Shown here piece by piece: positions 1 through 10,761 of a DNA stretch of 64,000 nt. The DNA is taken from contig OZ004613.1 in the NCBI GenBank assembly GCA_963924565.1, forward strand, positions 23,002,001 to 23,066,000, read 5' to 3'. The notes beneath the pieces were generated by a model, which saw only the letters and a program-made list of their open reading frames with translations, did no database searches and had not been told where the DNA came from. The first letter of the stretch is position 1. Every line of letters starts with the position of its first letter. The stretch comes from Ascidiella aspersa (Eukaryota). A program made the translations under genes and the position numbers.

Positions 1-78
1 GATGTCGGCGCCGAACTGGCGGCCCTTCAGGCTGAGGCGGAGCAGCAAGACTCAGCCGAGCAACTTACCATCTTGCAG
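1..78 (+). CDS. SLC2A: SLC2A exon, partial (DVGAELAALQAEAEQQDSAEQLTILQ)
   Basis: Resembles the GLUT large intracellular loop; donor CAG|gtgac at 79; phase 0 into the next exon. Confidence 0.8.
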
Positions 79-3000
79 GTGACCACTGACCACGGTGTAA
101 TGCAGTGGTCGGCAGCGCCGCGGATCCAATGTGGCCCTTTTAACACTTTTTAGTGGGCTATGGGCTATTTATTTTTATTTGAGTTTATCATATCTTAAAG
201 TTGTGGGCCACACATATGCTGCATTGAAAAAAAATGCTATCCTTACATACTGTATTTTTAAAAGTGTTGTGACTAACAGTTTCTATTTTGTCTAATTGTC
301 GCACCATAGGGTCACCCGGTCATGGCCATCTTTGGCCCACGGGCCTGCAGTTGGACCACGCTGCTCTAAAGTATTAATAGTTTTTCAATTCGAAAAAAAT
401 CTATATATACATTCGAAAATAACCAAAAAAAGATTCACCCTAATTAAAACACTGTAAATTGCCTGCTAGAATTACCCAGCCCTCACTTCGCAAAATATAA
501 GCGTAAACACAGTGTGGCAAAGCCCATTCGTAACGATGTGTTTTGCGGGAAGGTCAAGCTTGAGGTTTATTCGTAATTATTTCCATTAAACTCGCAGCTT
601 TTCCGCTCGCCATCTCTCCGACTTCAACTGCTCGCAGCCGTGGTGTTGGGAGGCTCTCAGCAGTTGACTGGACTTAATGGGGTCCTCATCTACATGAACA
701 ACCTCTTTATTCAGGCCGGTGTGCCACCAGACGCAGTAGCCTACTGTTCCATCGGGGTCACGGCCCTACTGGCTGCCGTCACCCTATGTTCGGTAAGTAG
801 AGCAAGAAACAGTTGTCAAGAAGTTTTTAAACAACCTGATGGCACCTTGAGAATGGCTCACTGAAATTAGTCGGCCTGTGGGATCACCTTATACTATACG
901 GCCTGTGCGACCAATCAGGCCCTCCGGTTCAATTCTTTTAGCCCGCGGCATATTTTCCTAAAGTTCCTCTAATACTTTTATTGACAGTTTATTAACGTGT
1001 TAAACGGCGTATCACAGTTCAAAGTTAAAAAAAAACAGGTTGACAGTTCTATTTATTTCAGGCTCAGGCAATGGGTTGATGTATATTTTACCGCGACCAA
1101 ATTCTTACCAGTCTATAAGGTTGGCCTACGTCAGGGTTTACAACCTTTTTTAGACGCGTATTGAAACCAAGCCTAAAAAAGGTTGATTTTCATTAGCGGG
1201 CCGTATTTTGCGAGCCGTTTGATTTATGTATCTGCGAACGGACATAAATATCCACGCTGTACGTTTCGCACATTATTTTAGTAAACTGTGTAACTGGTAG
1301 GGTTTCTTTATTATAGTTTTTCAGAAGCGAAATTTGCACACTAAATACAAATGTAACTTGATCACATTCCAGGGCATTTTGACACCCTACCAGAAATCCA
1401 GAGCGTCTAAAACGCTCTGCACACCACGTGCGGCGCTTATGAAAACGACTGATGGCAATTGTGTTTTGTCTGCTGCATATACACTGAGTTATACTGCCTA
1501 ACTATAGGAATATATACCAAAGATGCCTGGACGTTTTTTTGTAATTTTGCGTCACAAACTTCGGGTGTGTAGACGTCTGTGCCACATGTTTCTATGTATA
1601 TTTAAAGTATACCTGTATCACCCTTTACAAAACGTTGGTTTCACTTCGATAATATTCTAGGTGCCTTTTTTGGATCGAAAAGGCAGAAAACCGCTTCTTC
1701 TATCTGGCCTGATAATTCAAGGAATTTCGCTGATTCTTTTGACTGTAACCATTGAGATACAGGCATCTGCTGCCTGGCTACCTTACCTTTCTCTCGTTTT
1801 CGCCTCCTGTAAGTAAATTGCGATATTACTGCTATACTTGAAGTGATAATTTGTTAGTGCCGTTTAACCTTAACTCTAAACAGTGCTCCGCAACCGGTGT
1901 GTCGCGGCGTTCCCGGAGCTATGTTATTGGTGTGTTTAAGGGTAGTTTTTAATAATTAGTCGAACTAATGCGATTTTTTTATCTTACTAAGGCAGGTATT
2001 TTAACCTTATGCAATAATCCCGGTGTAAATTTATTAACAGCATATTCCAATATTTTTCGGACAAAAGCCACGTGTAGCAGTAGCACAATGTCACCTGTTT
2101 GCATAATACGTATTTTAACTTGCGTTTTGTAAAATACATTGGGTCATACGTTGCATTTTTTGCATTATGATTCCACAGAACTTAAATATTTAACTTAAAA
2201 TCCGTTGTTATGTATGTTCATTGAGTTGGAAAGGTGACAAATATATGTGTACGAGGTATTTTTAATTGGTACGCTATAACTATATTCATCCAACATTAAT
2301 CCACGGATACAATATTCCCTATATGGTATTAAAAACTCAAAAATATTTTTTACTCGTTTGTCGTGACCACTACCGGGCAGTTTAAAAGGTATTAAAACAA
2401 TACGATCGTTATCAAAGTAACCTGTAAACCGTTGAACTTTGCAGGTTTTGTGGTCGGTTTTGCCATTGGCCCAGGCGCGGTTGTATTCCTAATGGTGGCC
2501 GAATTTTTCCCGCAGACTTCGCGGCCCGCCGCCATGACAGTGGGCACCGCGTGTGTATTCACTGGCTTCGCTATCACCACCATTGTCTGGCCTTACATGC
2601 AGGTGAGTTTTTTAAACTTAATAACGGCCCTGTCCAATAAAACAACGTGTTACCGAACAACAGTAAAGAAACCATTTAATGTGATTTTTGTTTTGAATTA
2701 GATGGATAACAAATCTTTGGTTTGCTTCTGAAACCTATAATATAAGATAGCTCGTTATTAGTGGTAAAATAACGCGTTAACATACAAAGAATGCTTAAAC
2801 TACAAAGTGAATTCAAACCTCACTGAAGGCTAGCTGTTTTTCTAGTTCTAGCCAGCCTTGCCTGCAACACTGATCGACAGAATACATACAAAGAATGCAA
2901 CTATAGTGCAACAAATTTTGATTAAGCAAATTCCACCAAACCACACACCCCCTGTTTGCTGTAAAAGGTCGAAATTTGAGGTTAAATACTGCATTTATGA

Positions 3001-4869
3001 AACTATTCAAGCTAAGGTTGCTTGAAAGCTAGCGTATTACATGGGATGCATGTCATAATGCCACGATATTTCCAAATGGTAAAAAAGGAAAAGAAAGTTA
3101 AGTAGTAAAAAAAAACTACTGATCGCTTTTCTAGCGAAGGTTTTAGCGATTTGCACTCGTTCGCTGCATCCTCCCAAGAACGCCCATATAGGACTGTAGG
3201 TAATAGGTAATTAATAAAAGTAGTAGGTGTGTACCGTTTAACGCAGAGCTACCACCTTCGTTCATTAAGGGTCGAATAACTGTAAGGACTAAAAATCATG
3301 GACAGGATTAGTATATTATTACAAACAAAACTTAATATATTACAAATAAACCCACCCAAAAAGTTATTTAAAATTAAGTTGATATTTGCATCAGACGAAT
3401 ATTTCCGTAAATTAGTCACGCAACTTTTTTGACCTTTATTAACAGAAGTATGCCACTGGACGTAGTTTGGAAGCGCCACTGGTTTAGCTTTACAAACGCG
3501 ATATATAGCCCAAATTCATCTGGAATATATATAGGCCGTAAAAAGATGTGCTCAAATGTAAAACGGAAAATCTGTTGTTTTCTTTAGCCCAATCGTTAAC
3601 ATGACAATGTAGTCATGTTTATCAACATCTACAGCCTATCAAAGTTAATTATCTCACCATTATAAACTGTATAAGGATGATTCGTAGACGATCAATTATG
3701 CAAAATCAAAATCTAAGATTCGGTGAGAAATAAAGTCCAATAGGGGGGTGATCGGCCGCCAACCCCCGAGTTGAAAATATTGTGACTGTGACTCACATGA
3801 GAAAATACTACCATTATGTTATTGTGGTTTTGAGTAAATTACCAACACCAAAAATCACTTTTGATTAACTGCAAGTTTAAAAAAAAATGGATCAAATTTT
3901 GATATTAAAAACATATGTAGTATAGTCGAACAAACGCGTGCTCAAATATGAAACTATATTGTTAAGCCACCAAGCATATTGCCATTATAGTATATCTTTC
4001 ATACAGCGCAATGTGCACGTGCCATGCATAGTGAACACGGTGCGTTTGGGTTAAACATATTTCCCCAAAACAGACTAAAATTAAGAAAAAATTCTTGATA
4101 GTAAAAATTAAAGATAATATAAAAATATCGTTTGGGGGCATGATTTACTGCTCCTCTAAATCGGCCCCTGGAAAGGACACGTCTGACAACACTGCTAGTA
4201 TGTAAAGTATAATGTATCGTGTTACGTTTAGTTGTCCTACTTTATAATCAATGAAAGATACACACACGTAGAACAGGTGTTTAGCAAGTGTGATGTAGCC
4301 CTTCCGAAGTCGCTGTTAGACCAACAATAACTGCTTTCGTATCGTAATAGGCTACACCGAAAAATCATCGCAGACTAACCAATTTTGTCGATCAATGATG
4401 CAAGCAAGTAAAAGCAACTAGCCTTGTAGCAAGCATTAGCACCATGGTTATTTCGCGACACTTTGTGTAGTTTAGTTGGTAAAGCGACGGCACTGCTATG
4501 GCCGGAAGTCGTGAATTCAAATATCACTGAAGGCTAGCTGTTTTTTCAGCCAGTCTTGCCTGTATCATTAATCGACAGATTCTGTTAGTCTGCAATGGCT
4601 TCCAGTGTACTATATAGATATAGCATATAGATTGTCGCTTAAATTGTATTTCCAATGGCACAAAGACTTCGATGGGCGGCTATGCCTACCTTCTGTTTGC
4701 ATCCATCGCGCTGTTGGCGGCTTCCTTTATTCTGTACGCGATACCGGAGACCAAGAACAGGAGCTTCATCGAAACACAACGTGCATTTCAGTCAAGGAGT
4801 CTCGGATGCTTCGCGAAAGAACGCGCCGAAGCTGGCGAGAAAGAAACATTGCGCGGGGGACGACCGTGA
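1..4869 (+). CDS. SLC2A: Facilitative sugar-porter (SLC2A/GLUT, class II-like) gene, 3' part; 5' end lies outside the window. Exons 1-78, 598-792, 1661-1808, 2445-2602, 4666-4869
   Basis: Exons splice in frame via GT-AG (783 nt) and give GLUT signatures QQLTGLN, DRKGRKPLLL, GFAIGPG, AEFFPQTSRPAA and PETKNR. No Trp after GPG, as in class II (GLUT5/9/11). Confidence 0.93.
598..792 (+). CDS. SLC2A: SLC2A exon, TM7-TM8 (LFRSPSLRLQLLAAVVLGGSQQLTGLNGVLIY...TLCS)
   Basis: cag| acceptor, |gtaagt donor, QQLxGxN motif. Confidence 0.92.
1661..1808 (+). CDS. SLC2A: SLC2A exon, TM9 (VPFLDRKGRKPLLL...WLPYLSLVFAS)
   Basis: tag| acceptor, |gtaagt donor, DRxGRK MFS loop motif. Confidence 0.92.
2445..2602 (+). 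CDS. SLC2A: SLC2A exon, TM10-TM11 (FVVGFAIGPG...PQTSRPAA...WPYMQ)
   Basis: cag| acceptor, |gtgag donor, phase-compatible. Confidence 0.92.
4463..4580 (+). mobile_element. tRNA-derived SINE remnant; second copy at about 2746-2882
   Basis: A-box-like tagtttagttggtaaagcg and B-box-like gaattcaaat, followed by a body (cactgaaggctagctgttttt...atcgacag) shared by both copies. Confidence 0.55.
4666..4869 (+). CDS. SLC2A: SLC2A last coding exon, TM12 and PETKNR, stop TGA
   Basis: aag| acceptor in phase 0; PETK motif. Confidence 0.88.
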   Translation, partial: TSMGGYAYLLFASIALLAASFILYAIPETKNRSFIETQRAFQSRSLGCFAKERAEAGEKETLRGGRP

Positions 4870-5844
4870 TTTGAGAAAAGCTAAGTTTGCCGCAAGGTGT
4901 GATTTTCACTCGTTCAGATCTTCAGACTGTTTATTTATTAAAACAGATAAAACATAAAATCATTTCTTAAAATCTTTCAGAAATATATTTTACGCCTATA
5001 AGGCATCGTCAGTTTCTGTACAAAAACAAACATGTAAAAATGCCAATATTGATAGTTAAAAAGTAAAAATATATAACAAATATAATAAAATTAAAAATAG
5101 TAGGATTGCGTATAGGTCTAAAATTATAAAACACCTGCAGATGTCAGATGCAAAACAACAACTCGCGAATGGCATCAAGCGACAACGTGAAAAAAACGGA
5201 AAGAAAGAGAAAAAACACGCAACTGAAAAGCATTTTATCAAAAAATAGATTAATGTTCTGGGCGATTTAAAAGCGATGCGCCCAAAATGTTAATGATCTT
5301 CTTACACAAGGCGATTTCGCGTTTAATTGTGTTTTGATTTAGCAATAAAACAACTTTGAATTGCCCTAAAACTTTGGTTTGAAAAGAAAGTTTTTTTGAA
5401 ATCATGTCTTCAATTCTGTGGAGATTACTTGACGCAATATAACTTTTCCTTGTTGGAATATCTGGATCGAATTTGTCTCGTATCAATATTTACCACTGGT
5501 GTTTTTTGCAATCGAAAATTTCCTTTTTCTTAAATCCAAACTATTGTGAATTTGGTTATAAAGTTGTTTCTTATGTTTCCGTGAAAGATCGTCAGATGTT
5601 AAGCAAGAAATTTATTAATTGCGATAATGTTCCTTGAAGCATATTTTGAAAATCACCAGTTGAAATGTTTCATCGTGATTTGCTTCATTTATTGTTATGC
5701 AAAATTAAGACTCGGTGTGCAATACCAGGAATTGTATTGCTGCGCGAGCGCAATACCAATTTTGTCCTCACCCAAACATGCCCAGACGCCGCACTAAGAA
5801 CACTAAAGTTGAAAAGTTTGTTTTAACGCAATATAATAAACTTT

Positions 5845-6038
5845 GGAGCATAACGGTTGGAGGTTGTAGTAAGACGTAATAAGAATATCAAAGCCCATAC
5901 AGAAGTAGGTATCATTTTGAACGTCTCGAATAACTCTTTATTCATTTTTCAACGTGTTGAATGAATAAAGAGTTGCCGTATTCGAAACGTTCAAGATGAT
6001 ACCTACTTCTGTATGGGCTTTGATATTCTTATTACGTC
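5845..6038. mobile_element. Fold-back element family A, copy A1 (Penelope-like inverted pLTR plus 28-bp tail)
   Basis: Inverted arms 5873-5953 and 5956-6038, tail 5845-5872, exact 12-bp TSD ataataaacttt (5833-5844, 6039-6050). Confidence 0.8.
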
Positions 6039-6893
6039 ATAATAAACTTTAGTTTGGTGTTCCACAAAATTATTTTACTACATAGAGTGTTTCGCGTTTT
6101 AAAACTTTTGAAAAGTATCGATTTATACCCAGCTTATTTTTGGATGTGTTACTACCTTACATTAATACCCTCGTTCGATGAACGATGCTTTTGTATAGCT
6201 ACCTTTTCATCTAACTACGCAAGAATAATTAAAGGACGTTGTTTTCTCGACGTTATTGGCTGTAAAACTTTATAGTTTTTTTTAAAGTGAAGGGCTTGTA
6301 AGGTGTTGTTTTCTTTTAGTTCTCCTGTGTTTTTCTATTCCATATCTTTACTTGTTTACTTTAACCGTGCAATAATTGAAGGGCTTGTTTCTAGTTCTAA
6401 CAAGTTTTCGTTTTCCTTCGCAGTTTCCTTATTTCGTTTTATGCAATAACCTCGACTTAATCGCGTACAGCATTATATCGTAACTATAACTATTTGATTT
6501 TTTTGTAAAATATAATTTAATAACAACAGTCTGTAATTTCGTTATATAATACTTTATATTCCTACATTTTTTTGAAATTAATTTGACAATAAGTAATTTT
6601 GTGACAAAAATATGACAATAGAGTAATTTTGCTGCTGATATCGCTTACCGCAAAAGTGATTGGTCGCAATTTAAAGATTTTTTTTTCGATATTATGAAAA
6701 TTTATTTGTTTGGGTTTATTAAAACGTCAAATTCTTAATATTTCGCTAAACCAACAGAAAGATTTTTATAAAAACATTCTTAAATGCCTTTGAAATTAGT
6801 CCACTTTTTTATTTGTTGATTTGTTATCGTTAACGTTATACTTTATGCGGATTGCTGACCAAAATATACGCATTCAGAGAACTTTGTGTATAG

Positions 6894-7043
6894 CAGTGTT
6901 GTAAAAAGTCATTTTGAATGACTCCAGTTAATATTGTCGTTTGACTCAATGACAAAACTCCAAGTGACGTCATTTGTCCGAAAGACTCAAGTCATTTATT
7001 GAGGTGCAAAGTCAATTCATTAATTTAAGTCATTTAAACACTG
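6894..7043. mobile_element. Short AAGTC-family MITE
   Basis: cagtgttgtaa...ttaaacactg; near-TSD gtgtatag / ctgtgtag. Confidence 0.6.
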
Positions 7044-10000
7044 CTGTGTAGCCTTACAAAAAATAAGTGTGGCGAGGTTTTTCTGCAAACGTGGTCTACA
7101 GTGAGTTTTACACATTTGGTCAAATAGTCCGACAACTACCATTTTAGGTTCCACTTGCCATATATTCGACATACTATAGAGTCGACACCTCTTGCTTTGA
7201 CGAGGCAAATCTTTATCTAATTAACTAAAAAACTGTAGCTGCGGAAGGTAATTAAATCAAAAACTGAATTGAATTTTAAATTTAGTAATGTTTTGATATT
7301 TAGGACTTCAATATGTAAAACGTTTTTGATATAATAAAGTTTAGGTTTTTACGCAATTAACAATATATGGTAATAAATTAAATTACATTTTACATTATAG
7401 GGAATTAAACACGGAACAGGTTAAAACTCAATGCAGCGATTAAACTTTTCTCATGCAACTAAAGATTGCTTTTTATCTCAAAAAACAATGCCACCAGGTT
7501 GCCAGGTTTGAGAGTAAAATACGAAATAAAACTCCTTTATACATTTATTAAAATTCAGTAACAAAAATTAACCATTGAAGCACTGCAGTTCGCAATGTAC
7601 TACAATGGACAGAATCTCAGTTGTTCGGGAGAAATATATATCTCAAAATTGTCTTTTTGTGGTATTTCCAAAGCGAATTGTAATAGATGACTTGGCGTAC
7701 CTCTCTTCTATAGATTCTTGGTCACTGCAACTATAAAACGAACTCGTATTGTACCGGGTATGCTTGTATTTTCGGTGGTTACATTACACTGGGGACGCGT
7801 GACGCCAGAATTACAGGACACAAAGGCAAACAAGATGTCGACCGTCACTTTACGTCGCATCGAATCGAAAGAAAATCAACACCTGTAATTGCAAAGGAGC
7901 ACACAAATGTAGCAGAAGCATTAAAGGGCTGCGGGAAACACTCCTCTGCTCGAAAAATATCGGAAACACGCAGTTCCGTCAACCGCTCTTTCGAGGCCGA
8001 TTCAAAGGGCTATAGCAGAATGCCCTTTTCTAAAGGGCGTGGACAATTAAATACGACCACTAATCTTGAGAAGCCACGTAAATTGGCCGAATGGGCAGGA
8101 AAAAACACCAAAGCGTGAAGTCGCGAAAATGCAGATCAACCAGTTGCTATCTACTACTGCAGAGGTGACTGGCCACCAAGAGAGTGCCAGAATGCCATTT
8201 GAACCAGAAAGCACTGCAAAAGGCCTTTTGACGAGTACGTTAGCAGGGCTATCGGGCGAGTTATTATATGAGCACGGAGTAAATACAGACAGCTGCAATG
8301 TGTATGGTACAACGGCGTGCAGAGGGAAGGATCTTTTTACAGGCGAACAAATTGAAGTCAAATGTTTCTCGTTTGCCACCTCGCTTAAATTCGCTCGTTT
8401 TTCAGCAGCTTAAGCGCAAAAGAATTTGACTACAGTTAGGGTAAGATTGTCTCGGAAGCAAACGCATGTGCGCCAAGAGGCAAAGCGCACACATCTGCAG
8501 CACAAAACACAAACACACAACACGAAGCTATATGAGAGAAGCTACAAAGTTTTACGGGCCTCGATATGAAAATGGCATCTCGCGTCGAAAATCGAATACA
8601 TCATATACAGTATACAGGCAAACGCGAGATGGACACCTTGCTATAGCGACGCAGCGCCTACATTCAATGTGGTTCCGTCAGAGTAAAGGATTATGAGGGT
8701 ATAATGGATTATTTCACCGTGAAATACTGTACAGAGAAACAGCTAGGAACGAAAACCGACAGAAGAATCAATTGCCGAGGGGTCTTGTCACATGAAAGCA
8801 ACTTTATAGGCCGTTATGCACGAATATTTACACGATTCCATATGAGGATCTCTAAAAAAACGCGTGATTTTGCTCGGTACGATTTCAAACACAGGCTTCA
8901 CGTAAATAAATAAAGTTCGGACGTTTAAACTGAAATTAAGAGAAAAATATTTGTCAATTATTTTTTTGAACATATTTTACGAGAAAATTAATCAGTAACT
9001 ATCGTGCGAGTTAATTGCGTTGAATATTAATGATGTCCGAATAGTTTTGGGAAAATATATTGTACAAGTTCCCATCCAATGATTTTCATTTTGTTTGGTG
9101 AGTGCTTACTGTAGACCGCAATTCGGGAAAATACCGTAAAATGGAAGATATACAAACAAAGGATATCATCAAGGCAAAACAAAAAGAAAATCACGTGGAG
9201 CTAAGTAAAATCAATATCTGCATGTTTTCTGTCGCGCTAAAATCAGGGGCGCGTACGACGATTGTGAAACTTATCAGAGCCGGCCGAAGCGACGCGATTT
9301 AAAGCGGGAAAAGCAATGGCGAACGCCGGGCGGTAAAAGCGATTCAAGCGGCGACACTAGCGACGACCAGTTATGCGGCCAACCAGGAAAATTTCACGGA
9401 ATCAAGTTTACGAAAAAATGTTTTGTTTAACTTAAAATTCGCTAAAAAAAATTTCAATTAAAATTTCGGCATCGTGTTCAAAATTTAATTTCAATTAAAT
9501 TTTTTTAACCAAAGGAGTAAATTTTTCTAATTTTTTTTTCTAAAATATTTGCAAAACCGCAACATTTTCAAATAGTAAAATTTGCAGATTTTTACAGCAA
9601 TTCCATCGATAGATATGAATACAGTACAAAGCGACTTTTTTATTTCCATTCGAGGTCGCCGCTGCGGCACGGCGCCTTCGTAGAATGAGGTGCTGAAAAA
9701 AATTCAAGCCAGAGAGAATCGCTTGCATAAAGAAGGTCGCGATGAAGACCGCGATCGCTTCGAGCGCCGGGAAAACGAAAACTTCCAAAGGCCGTTATTG
9801 CGGGATCCAGCAAAACAAAACACGATTCCAATAGATTTTAAACTGACGAATATTTACAGGGGACAAGGGGGGAGCCCAACGGAAAAGTGGCGAAAAGACG
9901 GGCTAAGGGCGGGGTTGGGATTAGGACAACCCCAATCGTGGGGTACCCATCCTACGAAGGTGGTTTTTCGCAAACGGCAAGCGGGTCGCGTAGATTAGCG

Positions 10001-10593
10001 GTTGCCAACCGTGTTTTTTTTGTTTCGATTAAACCCATTTGGTTCAAATTTGCAAACCAGTGAAAAATGGATTTAAAAATCAATTCCCACAGCTTGTCGC
10101 AGAATAAATTATAATGGGCCCATTTGGTGTAACAAACAGAAAATTTAAATGAGGTTAATCGTATTGCTTTAAAACTTGAGTTACTTTCCCTTAGGATGCC
10201 GGGTTGCAACCCCAAAGCTTCTTGCGTACCATTCGGAAAGTCAGTGTTGCTACAGGTTAAAAACTACCGATAGAACGACTTTGTCAAGACCAATTGATGC
10301 CAAAACGTGATTTCAGCGCGAAAGAAAAAATTCTAAACCGAATAAACGTCGTTTTGTCTGCCGCAAGAAACCGCGCGTCAACCGCTTTCGCCAAAACATC
10401 CCGCCATTCCGCCGCTTTCCGAGTTGCAAAAAAACAAAATAAAAATACAAGCCTGCGACGGTGCGCAGCGAGGGCTTACAGAAGAATGTGTGTTCGTTTC
10501 TCAGTCAGGTCTCTCTGTAAAGGCAGAGGAAAAAAAACGGTTTCTCCCCGCCGTTTTCCAGCGTGGAAGGCGAGAAACGCGACCGGCGGGCGA

Positions 10594-10761
10594 CTACTTG
10601 CGATTGCACATGGGCTTGCGGCCGCCGTAGGTCCACACGATTTCGCCAGGGTCTGGACAGGTCTGTGTGAATTCCTCAGCGGCGTCGGCGTTGGCCAGGT
10701 AGCGGTGGATGCCGGTCAGCTCGGAAGGAATCTCGTACTTGAGCATCATTCCGCCAAGGAC
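10594..10761 (-). CDS. CLIC: CLIC last coding exon ([22 protein letters not shown]...EEFTQTCPD...NRK*)
   Basis: cag| acceptor; similarity to the CLIC C-terminal helices. Confidence 0.92.
   Translation of the reverse strand, partial: VLGGMMLKYEIPSELTGIHRYLANADAAEEFTQTCPDPGEIVWTYGGRKPMCNRK

Noticed and set aside
4463-4530. Possible tRNA gene
   Set aside because: No complete cloverleaf or acceptor stem; it continues into a repeated body, so it was called a SINE remnant.
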